NCBI GenBank assembly: GCA_016217725.1
Contig: JACRHB010000220.1
Coordinates: 11,970-75,969, forward strand
Direction of reading: 5' to 3'
Length of the DNA: 64,000 nucleotides
Source: Nitrospirota bacterium
GTDB taxonomy: Bacteria > Nitrospirota > Thermodesulfovibrionia > UBA6902
The position numbers and the translations under genes are program-made. The notes under the pieces were generated by a model, which saw nothing but the letters and a program-made list of their open reading frames with translations, did not search any database and had not been told where the DNA came from. The number at the start of each line of letters is the position of its first letter. The stretch's first letter is position 1. Positions 63,155-64,000 of the stretch are shown in pieces.

Positions 63155-63323
63155 TAGCCACGAATGAGCACGAATAAACACGAAGGAATAAAAAACAAAA
63201 AATAAATTTGGACGCGGATGAACGCAGATTATCAGGATTTAAAAAACCAAACTCATCTGCGTATATCTGCGAAAATCTGCGTCCTGATTTTATTCGTGAT
63301 AATTTGTGAAAATTCGTGGCTAA
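63155..63323. mobile_element. MITE-like element with TAGCCACGAAT TIRs, copy 2
   Basis: atagccacgaatgagcacgaataaacacgaagg...ggacgcggatgaacgcagatt...atctgcgtatatctgcgaaaatctgcgtcc...aattcgtggctaat. Confidence 0.7.
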
Positions 63324-63368
63324 TAAGGTTGTTAGGGTAATCACAGTATGAAAGGAGATTTCAACAAC

Positions 63369-64000
63369 ATGCCGATTGACCAAAAAGACGGCGGGAGGAA
63401 GTATTCCGTCCTGCTCGCAATATTGATATTGTTTCACGTGACAAGCAATTTGATAATCGTGACCGCAGACAATACTCCGCTGCTCTGGGACGGGGGCGAT
63501 TACTTTTACAAGAGCCTGAAATATTATGACGTCTTTAGAAACTTCGACTCCGGCTTCTTTTCGAGGTTCAATGACGTAAGCCATTACAGACCGCCTCTGC
63601 TTATGCTTACGTCGCTGCCTCTTTATGCCGTATTCGGCAGGTCGGTCGACACGGCTATCATGACCAACACGCTTTATCTCATAATCCTCGTGCTTTCGGT
63701 TTACGGGCTCGGCAGGAGGCTGTATAGCAATGAGGTCGGCTTTTTGTCCGCCGTCCTGGTCATGTTTTTCCCCATCATCTTCGGCTTGAGCAGGTCGTAC
63801 TGGCAGGATTTCCCTGTTACCGCGATGGTCTCACTCAGTGTGTATCTGCTCCTGAGGACCGATTATTTCAGATGCAGAAAATACTCCCTGCTCTTCGGCA
63901 TATCGTTAGGCCTCGGCATGCTTACGAAGTGGATCCATTTTGTATTTCTGACAGGCCCTTTCCTTTACATTTTATTTCTGTCGTTGAAGCAGGACGTAAA
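63369..64000 (+). CDS. GT-C fold membrane glycosyltransferase (ArnT/PMT_2-like), 5' partial (runs off the window)
   Basis: AAAGGAG RBS 11 nt upstream of ATG 63369; open frame to the window end; TM helices and a ...WDGGDYFY... first-loop acidic motif. Confidence 0.55.
   Translation, partial: MPIDQKDGGRKYSVLLAILILFHVTSNLIIVTADNTPLLWDGGDYFYKSLKYYDVFRNFDSGFFSRFNDVSHYRPPLLMLTSLPLYAVFGRSVDTAIMTNTLYLIILVLSVYGLGRRLYSNEVGFLSAVLVMFFPIIFGLSRSYWQDFPVTAMVSLSVYLLLRTDYFRCRKYSLLFGISLGLGMLTKWIHFVFLTGPFLYILFLSLKQDV

Noticed and set aside
63141-63584. 147-aa minus-strand ORF
   Set aside because: It spans the MITE-like repeat and the antisense of the start of a GT-C gene that has a strong RBS, so it is not supported.
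63369-64000. Absence of this gene from the ORF track
   Set aside because: It is not a problem with the gene: the ORF simply lacks a stop inside the window. It is reported as a partial CDS.

Overview
This 64-kb window looks like a contig from an uncultivated, probably anaerobic bacterium. GC content is mixed, roughly 50% overall, with one strongly AT-rich segment and one GC-rich segment.

Gene content, 5' to 3':
- A minimal-nucleotidyltransferase-fold gene plus a small ORF.
- A ZapB-like gene, zapA and lysS, then lolC, a small membrane ORF and lolD.
- A GHKL-ATPase-like gene.
- On the minus strand, a TusA / DsrE-DsrF-DsrH-like sulfur-relay cluster, then an aromatic-amino-acid operon (pheA-hisC-tyrA-aroA).
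- A 1085-aa molybdopterin oxidoreductase with an N-terminal 4Fe-4S ferredoxin module fused to it.
- A glycosyltransferase group: a processive GT2, an outer-membrane-like protein, a TPR protein, a GT-C membrane protein and a DPM1-like GT2.
- A zincin-like peptidase and a frameshifted AlbA_2/Schlafen-like regulator pseudogene.
- A tightly overlapping, strongly AT-rich 7-gene operon at 25285-32396: two ParB-like proteins, a PD-(D/E)xK-like protein, an SNF2 helicase, a DGQHR/DndB-like protein, an unknown protein and a radical SAM enzyme with a B12-binding-like N-terminus. This is the best candidate for a horizontally acquired, undescribed DNA-modification or defence system.
- A GC-rich trio: a DUF4143 AAA ATPase, a macro-domain protein and a membrane protein.
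- A B12-binding radical SAM gene next to an 802-aa fusion of a PqqD-like domain, a radical-SAM/SPASM domain and an ArsM-like methyltransferase, plus a separate methyltransferase.
- Two His-rich Ig-like paralogs upstream of an ECF-type Ni/Co transporter (CbiM(N)QO) whose ATPase carries a His-rich tail.
- Two proteasome-like genes flanking a nitroreductase.
- A large glycan-modification-like cluster: four B12-binding radical SAM genes, three PaaK/CapK-like adenylating enzymes, an M20 amidohydrolase, a polysaccharide pyruvyl transferase and three GT-C membrane proteins.

The intergenic regions are saturated with several families of hairpin-forming repeats built from tandem short 'words'. Some of these supply stop codons or C-terminal tails to upstream genes. 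Two palindromic elements are inserted in-frame inside coding sequences (aroA; hisC and the Mo-enzyme), in the manner of Rickettsia palindromic elements (RPEs).

No rRNA, tRNA or CRISPR array was recognised.
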